In this document: positions 53,095 through 64,000 of the stretch, piece by piece
Numbering within the stretch: the stretch's first letter is position 1
How the letters are laid out: every line of letters starts with the position of its first letter
Assembly: GCF_001194135.2 (NCBI RefSeq)
Contig: NC_068988.1
Span: 84,215,326-84,279,325 of the forward strand
Reading direction: 5' to 3'
Source: Octopus bimaculoides
Taxonomy: Eukaryota
Length of the DNA stretch: 64,000 nucleotides
The notes under the pieces: generated by a model
Told to the model about the DNA's origin: nothing
The model's database searches: none
Seen by the model: only the letters and a program-made list of their open reading frames with translations
Translations under genes and position numbers: made by a program

Positions 53095-53372
53095 AGACCC
53101 CCTTCAGTCATGAATGACCATGGGATTCTACCTAGAAAGTTCCCTTTCCGAGGCACAAGTCCAGGCAAGGTTGTTTATGGATGACCAGCAGTCACCCATT
53201 CATATCAGCCTCCCCTCTCCATGCCATCGATCTTATCCAAGAGAAAGGCAAATACAGCTTGGCATCAGTAATGTCACAACTCCTTTCTACATCAGAGTGA
53301 ACTGGCGCAATGTGAAATAAAATGTCTTGCTCAAGAACACAACACACAGCCCAGTCCAGGGTTTGAACTCAC
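53095..53372 (-). mobile_element. SINE-C copy; related copies at about 32105-32320 and 59150-59440
   Basis: Shared gaatgaccatgggatt...cctagaaagtt...aaataaa(g/a)tgtcttgctcaagaacacaacac...gaactcactac, which is the tRNA-like head on the minus strand. Confidence 0.75.
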
Positions 53373-53479
53373 TACATTATATATATATATATATATATAT
53401 ATTTAAAGTCACCACAGTGAAATTATATATGTATGTATTATGTATATATACTGCATTATGTTATATATAAACAATATAT

Positions 53480-53875
53480 ATATCTACTACATATGTGGGA
53501 AATCCTGTCTGTGGGTGTGTTTGAGGAGTTGTTAGTGAACTCCTTCTACATCATTTTATCGATTTTGGTGAAACTTGGTATGTGAGTAGAACTCGTGTCT
53601 GGAAACCACATGGCATACTCAGATTGTTAAAAAAAAAATCGATAATAGGGCCCCTGGAAGGGATCCTTATATACATCTATTTCATTTTAACAGCCAAGGG
53701 AAACAACCCATTCATTTTCCTAAATCATTTAGTATAAATCAAATTGAGTATGCTTATTTCTTAGTATTTGAACTGTAAGTTATGTTCGCAATTTATCCAG
53801 TACAACCCTTAAACAAGTAAATAGTATTTTTCTAAACAATAGATCCACTTATTTCGGTTAGTGGATCTATTCACG
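53480..53875. mobile_element. DINE-1/HINE-like (Helentron-associated) element relic
   Basis: ctgtctgt... followed by atcgattttggtgaaacttggtatg, a motif typical of DINE-1/HINE elements (from memory). GC-rich imperfect hairpin near 53647-53668 and a 12-bp hairpin at 53838-53871. Confidence 0.45.
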
Positions 53876-53904
53876 AATATACCAACACTAACGCTGCTGA
53901 GAGT

Positions 53905-54170
53905 AATATTCTCTGGGAGTGCACAAAAGCCCTTTTCAGAGTTATTTACTTTGACTTGTTATTATCTCATATCTGATTAGCCTGTTGTTACGTAACATGC
54001 TTCACGATTTTAGTATACATACCTTATTAGTATTTCCTCCTATGTTCTATATACTCTGGGAATGCATTAAAGCCCTTTTCAGGGCTACTTTATTTGAATT
54101 CTTACTATCGGGTAAATATTTCATGTTATTACATAACTGACTTCACAATTTGGGTATTTATAACTTATTG
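53905..54170. repeat. Degenerate ~145-bp tandem duplication
   Basis: ctctggga(g/a)tgca(c/t)(a/t)aaagcccttttcag...ttac(g/a)taac...cttcac(g/a)attt occurs twice (starting near 53909 and 54054). Confidence 0.7.
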
Positions 54171-55710
54171 GGAATTCCTAAAAACAAGATCCTTGACTTT
54201 TTTGAGTTGAAACCTCTGTTGAGTCTCCATAAACTTTCAACAGGCCTGTTTATATTTAAGGGAACATGGATATTTTGGATACCCTCCATGTGGTTATTTG
54301 ACCTTTTAGTCATAACAGCCAAATATCTTTTAAATCACTATCATCTTTAAAAATCAAAGAACCCTTTCATTGACCAATATAGTCATAGAATGCCTGAAAT
54401 GGTGGTATGGGTGTGGTTAGAATGTCTGGATGTCTTTGTTTATTAGTCATTCTGTTCTCAACCAGGCTTGGTTAAGAGCTAAATAGACAACTGTTACATA
54501 TAGAATATGATAATGTTTGAACAAAAGGCAACCAAGGTTAATTTATGTCTTTGATGACATAACATATGATGTAAGTTGTTGTGTTTGTGTCTGTATATCA
54601 ACTTAAGTCTTGCTTGTGCGTGTGTATTCAATGTCAATAACTTACTACTGATTTGACTATGAACCACTCAATTATGAAGAGGGAATGGGACGTTTTTTCT
54701 TTCTTTGTGTGTGTGTACATATCAGTGAAGCAGTTATATATATATGCCTTGTCTCGGGGATTGGTTAGGACACAATAAGCTGTTGTGCAGTAATGATAGC
54801 ATTTGAAATTTAAAATCATGTGGGCAGATATTCAGAACTTTAATCTCACTGTAATTGTGTCTTGAAAAAAATATTAAATACATCCTAATTATTTATTTAT
54901 TCATTTCAATGTTACATGAAGGTTTCTGTGGTAACATAGGTGGGATGTTCTCTTTTCGTTTGTTTGGATTAATTTGTTGTTTTCACAGTTGAGTGCTCTT
55001 TCCTATTGCGAGCCACTCAACTGTGAAATAGGTGTGGAACTGGCTTTATGAATGAAACAAACTAAGCTAGAGTTACTGTTGCAGTGAGAGTACCTTAGAT
55101 GTCATGTCCACCTTAATTTGTGGTTTGTTGTTGTTATTAGAGTTATGAGGTGTTTTATCAGGCCCCAGGTGTTTAACTTCACCATTGTCATTTCGTTGTT
55201 TTTATGCAGAACACTATATTCTACATTACCTCAGTAATGTTGGTAGGATTAGGTCACACCACATTATCTGAAAAAAAAAAAAATATATAGTGATAGACTC
55301 GTGTCTTGTATAAGAGGGGGAGGAGGAAGTTTATCTCTTATTCTAGTGTTTTTTAACTACATCACCTCGGGTTCACTTATCTGTTGGTAAGAATAGGTGC
55401 TAGATAATCTGAGGAATGTTACCTGTCTACATTGGGGTCCTATCCAGAGAAAATATTTTCATTTTGCTTCTTGCAACAATATTTATTCCAACTCTATTGA
55501 TTCTGAATTCAAATGACATCAACGTCTACTTTGACTTTCATCATTTGGAGTCAATAAGAAAAAAAGTACCAATCCAGGGCAATGAATAAGTGGAACTATA
55601 AGAAAATTTGACCAGATGCCTTGTGGTATTTGATAAGGTCCTTTGCGTTCTGATTTCAAATCCCATTATGGCTTATTTGAGCAGTAGGCTTAATCTGTTG
55701 CCTGGTTTAG

Positions 55711-55938
55711 TTAATCCTTTAGCATTCAGATTACTGAGTCAAATGGGATGTTTATTTATTCACATTGTTTTGAATTAACCATGTATTGTCTCATAGCTTC
55801 AAGACTTCAGTGATATGATTGTTTATTTTTAGAATGACATTGTAGGGTAGGTGTGAGAGGCTGAATCTGGCTGGTTTGAACATAAAACAGGTAGAATATA
55901 AGGGATGGATATGACTGCTTTGAATGTTAAAGGGTTAA
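55711..55938 (+). mobile_element. piggyBac-type MITE copy
   Basis: TTAAtcctttagcattc...aatgttaaagggTTAA. Confidence 0.8.
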
Positions 55939-56195
55939 TACCACCACCTGGTACCCTGAGTGCCATTAGAAGACCCTACTCTGTTGCAAGTATTTGAGTT
56001 TGGGTCTCTGGTTTAAGGACCCTCCTTCCCAGTGTTGGATGGCCTATAAAAGGTCGTGGGCAATGCCCCACTTTCTAACTAAAACATTGAAGTTGGCGCT
56101 GAGGAGCATTGACCTTTCAAAATGGATCTTTCTACTCAGAGCATATCATTCCACTGAAAGCTGGACAACTTACATAAGTGATATTATTTGAGACT

Positions 56196-56423
56196 TTAAC
56201 CCTTTAACATTCAGATTGCTGTCAAATGTAATGTTCATTTATTCACATTGTTTTGAATTAATCATGCTTTATCCTTGTAACTTGGAGATTTCGATGATGT
56301 GATTGTTTACTTTTAGAATGACATTCTAGGGTAGGTATGAGAGGCTGGATCTGGTTAGTTTGAACATAAAGCAGGTAGAATATTTGGTGCCTGATATGGC
56401 TGGCTTAAATACTTAAAGGTTAA
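56196..56423 (+). mobile_element. piggyBac-type MITE copy
   Basis: TTAAccctttaacattc...aaaggTTAA. Confidence 0.8.
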
Positions 56424-57703
56424 GGTTGTTAAATTTCACTGTCCCTCTGGCTCTTGCTTATACCTATTAATATTTATGTGAGATCAAATATCTTGGTTGG
56501 GAAATCAGTTCAGATATTGGAAAACTAACTGCAAGTTGTTTACTATATCCTGTTGCCAACTTTATTTTGTGTCTGTGAAGAGGTGAGTTCTGGCAGTATG
56601 ACTCACTGCTGCAAGCTGTTCTAGCAATGCATTGCTGTTCCTTGGCTTGAAGTGTCCAGTTAAATTCTTTTCATAGGAACACTTCTTTGTAATAATCCAA
56701 TGTTAAGTGCTTTGTTATTATGATATGAGTACTGGCCCTCTGTAGATTTATGGTTGGGAAATGTCTGAATTTAATTGATGTTATAAATGTGAGTAATTAA
56801 GAAATTTGAATAAAGACATGAGTGGCACATTACTGATTAATTGGGTGGAGGATAATTTGAAGGAGACTGGGTTTGCTATTTTTAGCTCCATTATCATCGA
56901 TCCAATAGGTATGTTGTTGTTTAACCCTTGGTTGACCTGCATCAAACAGTGTTCCAACCTTGGTCACCCCATCTTTTTGTGTATATGTTAGAGACTACAT
57001 CGTGCAGTGTATTCTTATTAAGATGATGTATGATTTGAGGGAAATTTGGCTGCTACTTTTAGCAAGTTGAACAGCTGCATAAAGACTTCACTGTCGACTC
57101 ATTATTTTGTGTCTTGTTTGGTGGTGGTTGATGGCTGCAGCCACATGAAACTCCAAATTAGATTAAAGAGTCAGGAATATTAAGTTTGTAACATCTATTA
57201 TATCAATGAGATGCATAGAAAAAAAAATGTTTCTGAAGTTCAGTCCTAGCCTGAACACGCTTGTACATATATTCTAGTCATCCATTTATGAGGTCTTATA
57301 TACACACATGCAAGCATGCATAGACATGCATTCCTATACTCTTAGAAGAAGAGGGGTGAAAGTATAATATGAACTCTACTAAAGTGTTTGTCTAATCCTT
57401 CAGTTTAATATTAAACTGTTTTATTGTAACTTGACATAAACACACACATAAAGAATAAAAGCAATGATCTTTTTTTTTTATTCTTCTAACACGTGGATAT
57501 ATATATGTATGTATACAAATGAAAGAGAGGAGTTAAGAAGCTTGTTTCCTATGTGGTCTTAGTTTCAGCCACACTGTATAATGTCTTGGACAAGTCTTCT
57601 ACTATAGCTCTAGGCTAACCAAAGCCTTGAGAGTGTGTTTGGTAAGCAGAAACTGAAAGAAGCTTTGTGTGTGTGTGTGTGTGTGTTTGTGTGTGATCAG
57701 TGT

Positions 57704-57933
57704 TTAACCCTTTTGCATTCTGATTTTTCTATCAAATATAATACTTATTTATTCACTTTGTTTTGAATAAATTAAACATTATCTTGTAGCTTTGAGGTTT
57801 TGATGATGTGAACATTTATTTTTTTAGAGTGACATAGTAGAGTAGGTGTGAGCGGCCAGATCTGGCTAGTTTGAACATAAAACAAGTAGAATAGTTTGGC
57901 CGGATATGGCCAGTTTGAATGCTAAAGGGTTAA
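57704..57933 (+). mobile_element. piggyBac-type MITE copy
   Basis: TTAAcccttttgcattc...aatgctaaagggTTAA. Confidence 0.8.
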
Positions 57934-58976
57934 TGTTCATTTTGCATGCTGGCATGGCTTGGGTGGTTTGACCAGAGGTGTCAAGCTGGAGAGTTACATA
58001 AAGTTCCAGTCTGATTTGGCCTGGTTTCTATGGGTGGATGCCCTTCCTAATATCAACCACTTTACAGAGTGTGCCTTTATTGTGACACCAGCGCAAGCAC
58101 TTTTAGATGGCATCAGTAAGGACTCTTGTAGGCCACTCCTTGTGTGTGTGTGTGTGTGTGTGAGTACTTGTGTGTCTTCTTTCTGACATCACATGATGGT
58201 TATAAATGAGCAACTCCATCATGTGTTGTTCATTTTCAGCCTTCTGTGAAAAACATATCTGACCATGGGAAATATTACCATGCTTGTAAACAAGTGAAAG
58301 TTGGTCACAGGAAGGACATCCAGCTATAGAAAATTTACCTCAACAAATTCTGTTTGATCCATGCAAGTATGCAAAAATAGACATTAAATGATGATGATGT
58401 ATGTGTAAAGTAATTATAGCACCTGATAACAAATAGAGGCCAAACTGCTTGTAACATTTTACTAAAAACAAAAATAATGAGTAAATTAGTCTGAAATAAA
58501 TATTTCCTTCACCAGTCACTAATTATACGTTGGTCTCACTTTGTTCATTACAGTAATGAGATGAGGTCATGGATTCCACCAGTCAGAAACTGAAATTTTT
58601 TTTTATCTTAATTATCACAAATTGCTCTTTGAAGCAGATTGTTTTATATAAATTAATGGTGTGCCCTACTTTGTCACTGCTCTATACACATTCAGTGTAT
58701 ACATAGATTAGCTGTGTGTCCTACTGTATTTATTAGTCTACACTACAACTCTCCTTAGTCTTATGCATCTGTTGTCAGATTATAAGGATTGTTGCTGAAC
58801 TTTGCATGATTAGAAGTATCCATCAATGGATGATGGGGGACACTTGGTCAAAAAAAAAAGTTTTACACTTATGCTTTCTCATGCTAGCATGATTGGGGAT
58901 GATTTGTACAATTGTAGTAATTGTTTTTATCTTCTAGGTAACTGTGCTTCCCTCTGTAAACAGGCATGGTTGTGTG

Positions 58977-59054
58977 GGTAAGAGGTTCACTCCACAACCA
59001 AGTAGTTTCAGGTTCGGTAAGAGGTTCACTCCACAATCTAGTAGTTTCAGGTTC
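58977..59054 (+). repeat. 39-bp tandem duplication within a SINE-B head
   Basis: ggtaagaggttcactccacaa(cc/tc)(a/t)agtagtttcaggttc occurs twice. Confidence 0.9.
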
Positions 59055-61644
59055 AGTCCCACTATGGAGCTCCTTGGGCTAGTGTCTTCCACTATAGTGA
59101 TAGGTTGACCAAAACCTTGTGAGTTGGTTTGTGTGTGTGTGGGGGGGGTGCTTAACAGTATGTATGTCCATGACAGCTGGTATCACACTTGTACTAATTA
59201 TTTTAGGTGCCTGACTGGTCAGAAGCAGACACATATTTTCTCAGCCTTCCCATTCTTGACCTATCAAAGCAGATATGACAGCTGCAGTCTGCTACTATTC
59301 ATTTTCAGCAGAGTACACTGGTGCAATGTGAAATTATGTAGCTTGTTCAAGGACACAACATGCCACCCAGTCTAGGAACCAAACTCACGATTTTTATGAT
59401 TGCAAGTTCAGGCATCCTAATCACTATGCCACATGCTTTCACTATTAATATATGTATGTATGTGTGTGTGTGTGTGTGTGTGAGAAAGTGCATTTGTTTT
59501 GTGTCTCTTTGTTTTGCATAACGTGTTAATTGTGAATAAATGTCATTGTCATTCATGTGTTGTTGTCCAGTTGTAATCTCCCACAAAAAATCTGTTCTAT
59601 CATTGTGCTGGTTGTGTCTTAAGGATGTAGGGAAATATTACTCAGATTGAAAACAGGTGAAGTCTGGTGAAAAGAAGAGTATTTGTTAATAGTAAATCTG
59701 CCTGAATGAATTTTGTCTGACTCATGCAGGCATGGAAAAGTGGGCTTTAAAACAGTGACATTGTGGTGGATAGCTTGTATGGTTGTAGTTGTTTTTTGTT
59801 TTTTTTTTATGATTGCATGCTGTTTCCTTGACTGTGGTTAAGAGGTTTGCTCTGTAAACATATTATTTCAGGTTTCAAATCAGTGCATAGCTCCTTAGTC
59901 AAGTATCTTTTACCATAGTCTCTAGTCTACCAAAGCCCCATGAGTGAAAACAATACAGAAATCCATCAGAGAAACTGTTCCTGTTCTGAAGTGGTAGACT
60001 TAATAACATTCAGGTTAGGTCTCAAGTTTGCAGATGACTTCCTCCTTTCACCTACCAATCTCAGAGATTTTGATGAGGATCAGGGAAATTACATTTCCTC
60101 TTCTGGTTAAGTAATATATGAAAAAAAACCCCCAAAAAACACTCTTTTAGTCAGGTCTTGTTCAAAAGTATGATACAGCACAATGAGCACAATGGCTGAG
60201 GGTATTTTCACGAGAGATTGCAAATGAACAACAGCACTTAAATGACAGATATTTGTTCATAATTAGCAAACTGTGAAACAAAGAGATACAAATGCACTCT
60301 CTCTCTCATACACACTCACACATACTCTGAAGGGATATGGCTCAGTGGTTAGTATATTTGAGCTTGCAATCATAAAATTGTGATGGAGGTGGTGGTGGTG
60401 TCTGAACTTTAATCATTACGTAGTCAGTTGGTTGTGACTTTTGGTACCTTTCATTTGCTCCCTTTCCATTGTATTTTTTAAATATTTTAAATATGACAAA
60501 TCTTAATACATGGACTGTGACAAAAATGAATCCAAGGGCTCGGTCTTTGGGAATGTAATAATGCTTGTTATGATAAGGAAGAGTGACTTATGGTTTAACA
60601 TTCATATTCTCTTTTATGATTAATGGTTTTTTAACATTCTATATAATATTTAAATTCAAAATCAGTTTATCTGTATACCTGTTTCAGTTTTTGCAAAATC
60701 AATTTATTGTGATGCAAAAATGTTTCAACTGCGTTTCTAGGTCCTGGAGTCCTTAAAATGAGATAAAATATTGTTCCTTATTTTATTGTTATAAAAATTT
60801 TCCACCCATTCAAAGAAAAGACAAAAATTTACTAGCCCTTTTTTGTGCAAACATACTGATATACCACACTATATATTTTTGTTTAAAGTAATAAACCTCG
60901 ATGAAATATGTAAACCTATTTATTTTTCTTTGTGGGTGAGAAAATATTGGATTTGTCCTGACAGGTTACATCTCTTTTGGAGATTAATTGAAGACCATGT
61001 ACCCTCATTTTCTCTCTAGAGAGTGATGAACAGCTTTTAGCTTGTAGGTGTTTGATGAAACCAGTCAGAACAATTCCAATATTTTTGTTGCCATAGACAG
61101 TCAAACATTTGTTTACATTTCATGACAAGGTTTATAATTTAAAATTCTGGGTATATCTACAATAAATTTTAAATTACCCAAAGTACACAATATGTGTATT
61201 TAATTAACCATGTTATTAATGATGCATAATCATAGAAATTATATTGGCCGTTCAGCTAGATTCTGGCTTAATTAGTTATTATCAACATGCCCCTCCTAAA
61301 ATTTCCTTACACCTGTTGCTAATATAGAAATTTACTGCTGCTTATTTCTTTCCACTTGAATTTTTTCAAATTTAAAGTTTGATTACAACTTTATTGTTGT
61401 CTTACTTTGGTGTTTCTTTAAATATTTTTTTGTTCTTCCTGCAATATAGGGTTAATTACAATTAACCCACGAGTGCTTAATTGTATATTTTATCATGAAG
61501 CCTATAATTAGTATGCACTAAATTTTCCATTAATTATATTATTCATAGAAATCTACTCTCCTCTCGGTATTTTTTCTTAATTCATTAACATGTGTACTAT
61601 ATAGCACTTATTAGTCATTAATAATAATAATGATAATAATAATA

Positions 61645-61932
61645 GATCAGATACCAGGAAACCCCAAAATGGCTGAACTTCAAAAGATAGTGCTCATGGG
61701 AACTGCCCATATCCTATGTAAAATACTGTCTATGTGATCTCAAATTTTAAAACAAACACATAATTTTCTTATGGTTTCTTAAACATTCTCTAGAACAACA
61801 CTATGTACAAATCCAAATATATGGTACCCTAGGCATAACACCTACATGAACTTCTAACTTGTTGTCTCTTGAGGTCTCTGGGTGAGACTTGGATCCAACT
61901 TGTACAAATGCAAAGCAAAAGTCAAATATAAA
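61645..61932 (+). mobile_element. 5'-truncated R4/Dong-like (RLE) non-LTR retrotransposon 3' end in a (TAA)n tract
   Basis: 61648-61737 encodes QIPGNPKMAELQKIVLMGTAHILCKILSM*, matching the R4-clade C-terminal motif LQKxVLLGTAxILRKVL. A 3' UTR follows, and (TAA)n lies on both sides, the known Dong target. Confidence 0.75.
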
Positions 61933-61986
61933 ATGATAATAATAATTATGATAAACTTGTTTCAACAAAATGACATCTTTCTAATG

Positions 61987-64000
61987 TAGTGGTTCTCAAA
62001 CTTTTCAAAAAATTTTATATGCTAGTCCCCTTACTGTTTTTTTGTTGATTTGTGGTCCCTTATTAAATGCAGGATAATTAACATGGAAAAAATGACATAC
62101 ATTTGTGTACCATAATTTCCAGACTATGAACTGCACTGCCCATAGACCTACAATCTATTCCACACAATACCCCATTGAGATACACATGAAAATATGGGGA
62201 ATCAGTTGATCAATTTGTTACAAAACAAATGAGAAATGAAAACAGTTCAAAAATATTCCCCGCATCCAATATTAACAACTGCATAAGACCCATTTATGCC
62301 CATTTGGTAGAAAGAAACCACAGGTCATACATTGAAAACTACGGTATATATATGTACATAACTGTGGTTCTTGAACTTTTAGCATCACCTTCCCCTTTCA
62401 CCGTGTTTGAGATGTTATTCCTCCCCATTGTCAGGTCATTCCTCATATTGATTATCCAAGAGGTGTATTTCAACCAATTTAGCTATTTTCAACAGAAGAA
62501 TTTTAATAACATCCCAAAATGTACAGAAGTTTCGACCAATTGGACCACTAGTATGCACAGAAAACCACAATTTTATTAGAACCATTTTCTTCTCCTCCCC
62601 TGAAGGTTTGCCATCCTTTTTCCTGAATCCCTAATACATAACATAACAAAAATTATATAAGAATTTATTTATTCACAAAAGCAGATCAACTGTTGTTTTA
62701 TTTTCAGTAAGGTAACCAGCTCTTCTATGTTTGGTTCTGTTTTAAAGAGGGCAACCCTCATTTCTGGTGTGACATCCAGTCAATTTCGTGACTTCATTTT
62801 GATAGCAAAGAGAGTGGAAAATGCAGTCTCACACTCGTATGTGGTTGGAAATGGCATCAGTACTTTAAGTGACATCTTTGTGGCAACAAGATATGACCAT
62901 GCCATTTCAATCCAAAATTTGGAACAGCACATTTCATGGATAAGACATTTTGCACCTCGATCATTGATTAAATCAATGAACTGCTCTTGAATTGTCTTCT
63001 GTTGGCAGATCATTAACAGAGAGTACAAACAGGTTCCTGATGAAGTGGAAGTAATTGCCAAAGTCATGAAAATCAGGAAAATAAAGAGAATATTTCTCTG
63101 CCAAGTATTGACACGTTTCATGTGTTCAATGATATTGTCATTGACTTGAAGATCATTTTCATCAATAAACATGTTTAAGTTGAGGAAAAGATGCAAAGTT
63201 CTTTCTATCCAACTAGGGGTGCCAAAGTTCAAGCTTCATTTTGAAAACAGTTTTTCATGAGAATGAAGCATGATTATATCTTTCCCTTGCAGTGAAAGAT
63301 TGATGGCATTTACTGACTCGAATATGACCACCAAAAGTGCCAAGCACTTCAGAAAATGAACATCAGAGAATCTGGTGTGCAAATCTGACTTGGCATCTTG
63401 CAAAATATAGTGGACTTATTTTCGCTGAAGGAGGACCCTCTTCATTATTTTTCCTCTCAAGTGCTATAGAAACGTTTCGAATTCAAAATCACTTTCTTCG
63501 CACAACTCAGCAAACAGACACGAGTAGAGAATGTTCGCTTTGATGAAGTTCACCACTGTACACATATAATACAGAACGTTTTTTAACTTACCAGACATGG
63601 GTTTCACCATTAGTGTTTGTCGATAAATTATGCAGTGTGTACCAATTGCACTTGGGGATTTTTCTTTCACCAAAGCCTGAAAACCAGAATGACAACCAAG
63701 CATTGCCGGAGCACTATCAGTGCACACACCAATGACATGCTCTCTGTTGATATCATGTGCCTCAAAAAATTTGTCCTCTTTGTTAAATATTTCCCTTGCA
63801 GTTGTTTTGGTGCTAAGGGGTCCGCAAAACAGGAATTCGTCTTCCAGGTGATGGTTAACGTACATAGATGCAAAGTTGGGTTAAGTTGGAAACATCTGTT
63901 GTTTCCTCAAGCTGGATCATGAAAAAGTTAAGAAGCGAATTGTGAATCTTAGAGATCAACTGCGACAGTGTTATCAGATGGTTTAGTTATTCGTCTGCTA
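61987..64000 (-). mobile_element. hAT (Buster/Charlie-type) DNA transposon with inactivated transposase; runs off the window end
   Basis: Minus-strand motifs IQLEETTDVSNLTQLCIYVR, EDEFLFC, VCTDSAPAMLG, THCIIYRQTL, NLSLQGKD and LMPFPTTYECETAFSTLFAIKMKSRN, interrupted by stops, frameshifts and deletions. TIR TAGTGGTTCTCAAAC at 61987 is preceded by ttcTAatg (nnnTAnnn Buster target). Confidence 0.92.

Noticed and set aside
62229-62990. Plus-strand ORFs of 116 and 87 aa
   Set aside because: They lie inside or antisense to the hAT transposon and have no recognisable motifs.
52424-64000. Further FAK exons
   Set aside because: No segment encoding the expected continuation (GIIQLV...; HCYAxRL; WLH) was found, so the next exon is presumably beyond the window.

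Overview
Eukaryotic, AT-rich, repeat-dense genomic DNA with three assembly gaps (N). It is almost certainly octopus (Octopus-like coleoid), inferred from SINE/MITE families recalled from memory; no database search was run. One coding exon is confidently recognised: a 222-nt, phase-0/phase-0 exon at 52202-52423 (+) encoding the start of the FERM domain of focal adhesion kinase (FAK/PTK2; ...MERHILRIHLPNGGFSMVKYGDATDIK). A CpG-retaining region at about 34.3-36.5 kb probably holds the FAK 5' end. It has two alternative donor sites that each splice in frame to the FERM exon, and one of them gives an MG...C N-terminus that could be lipid-anchored. A second CpG-retaining region at about 23.7-27.5 kb may be the 5' end of a minus-strand gene, with a candidate 34-nt micro-exon at 13784-13817. 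The rest is mostly transposon relics: RTE LINE fragments, a 5'-truncated R4/Dong-like LINE end in (TAA)n, a Buster/Charlie-type hAT transposase pseudogene with related MITEs (8-bp TSDs), a pogo/Tigger relic, many TTAA-flanked piggyBac-type MITEs, several tRNA-derived SINE families (one forming head-to-tail arrays linked by (ATT)n), and microsatellites. Notable structures are a near-perfect ~200-bp palindrome, a long-TIR foldback element and a short hairpin, all in FAK introns. No prokaryotic systems, CRISPR arrays or intact transposons are present.
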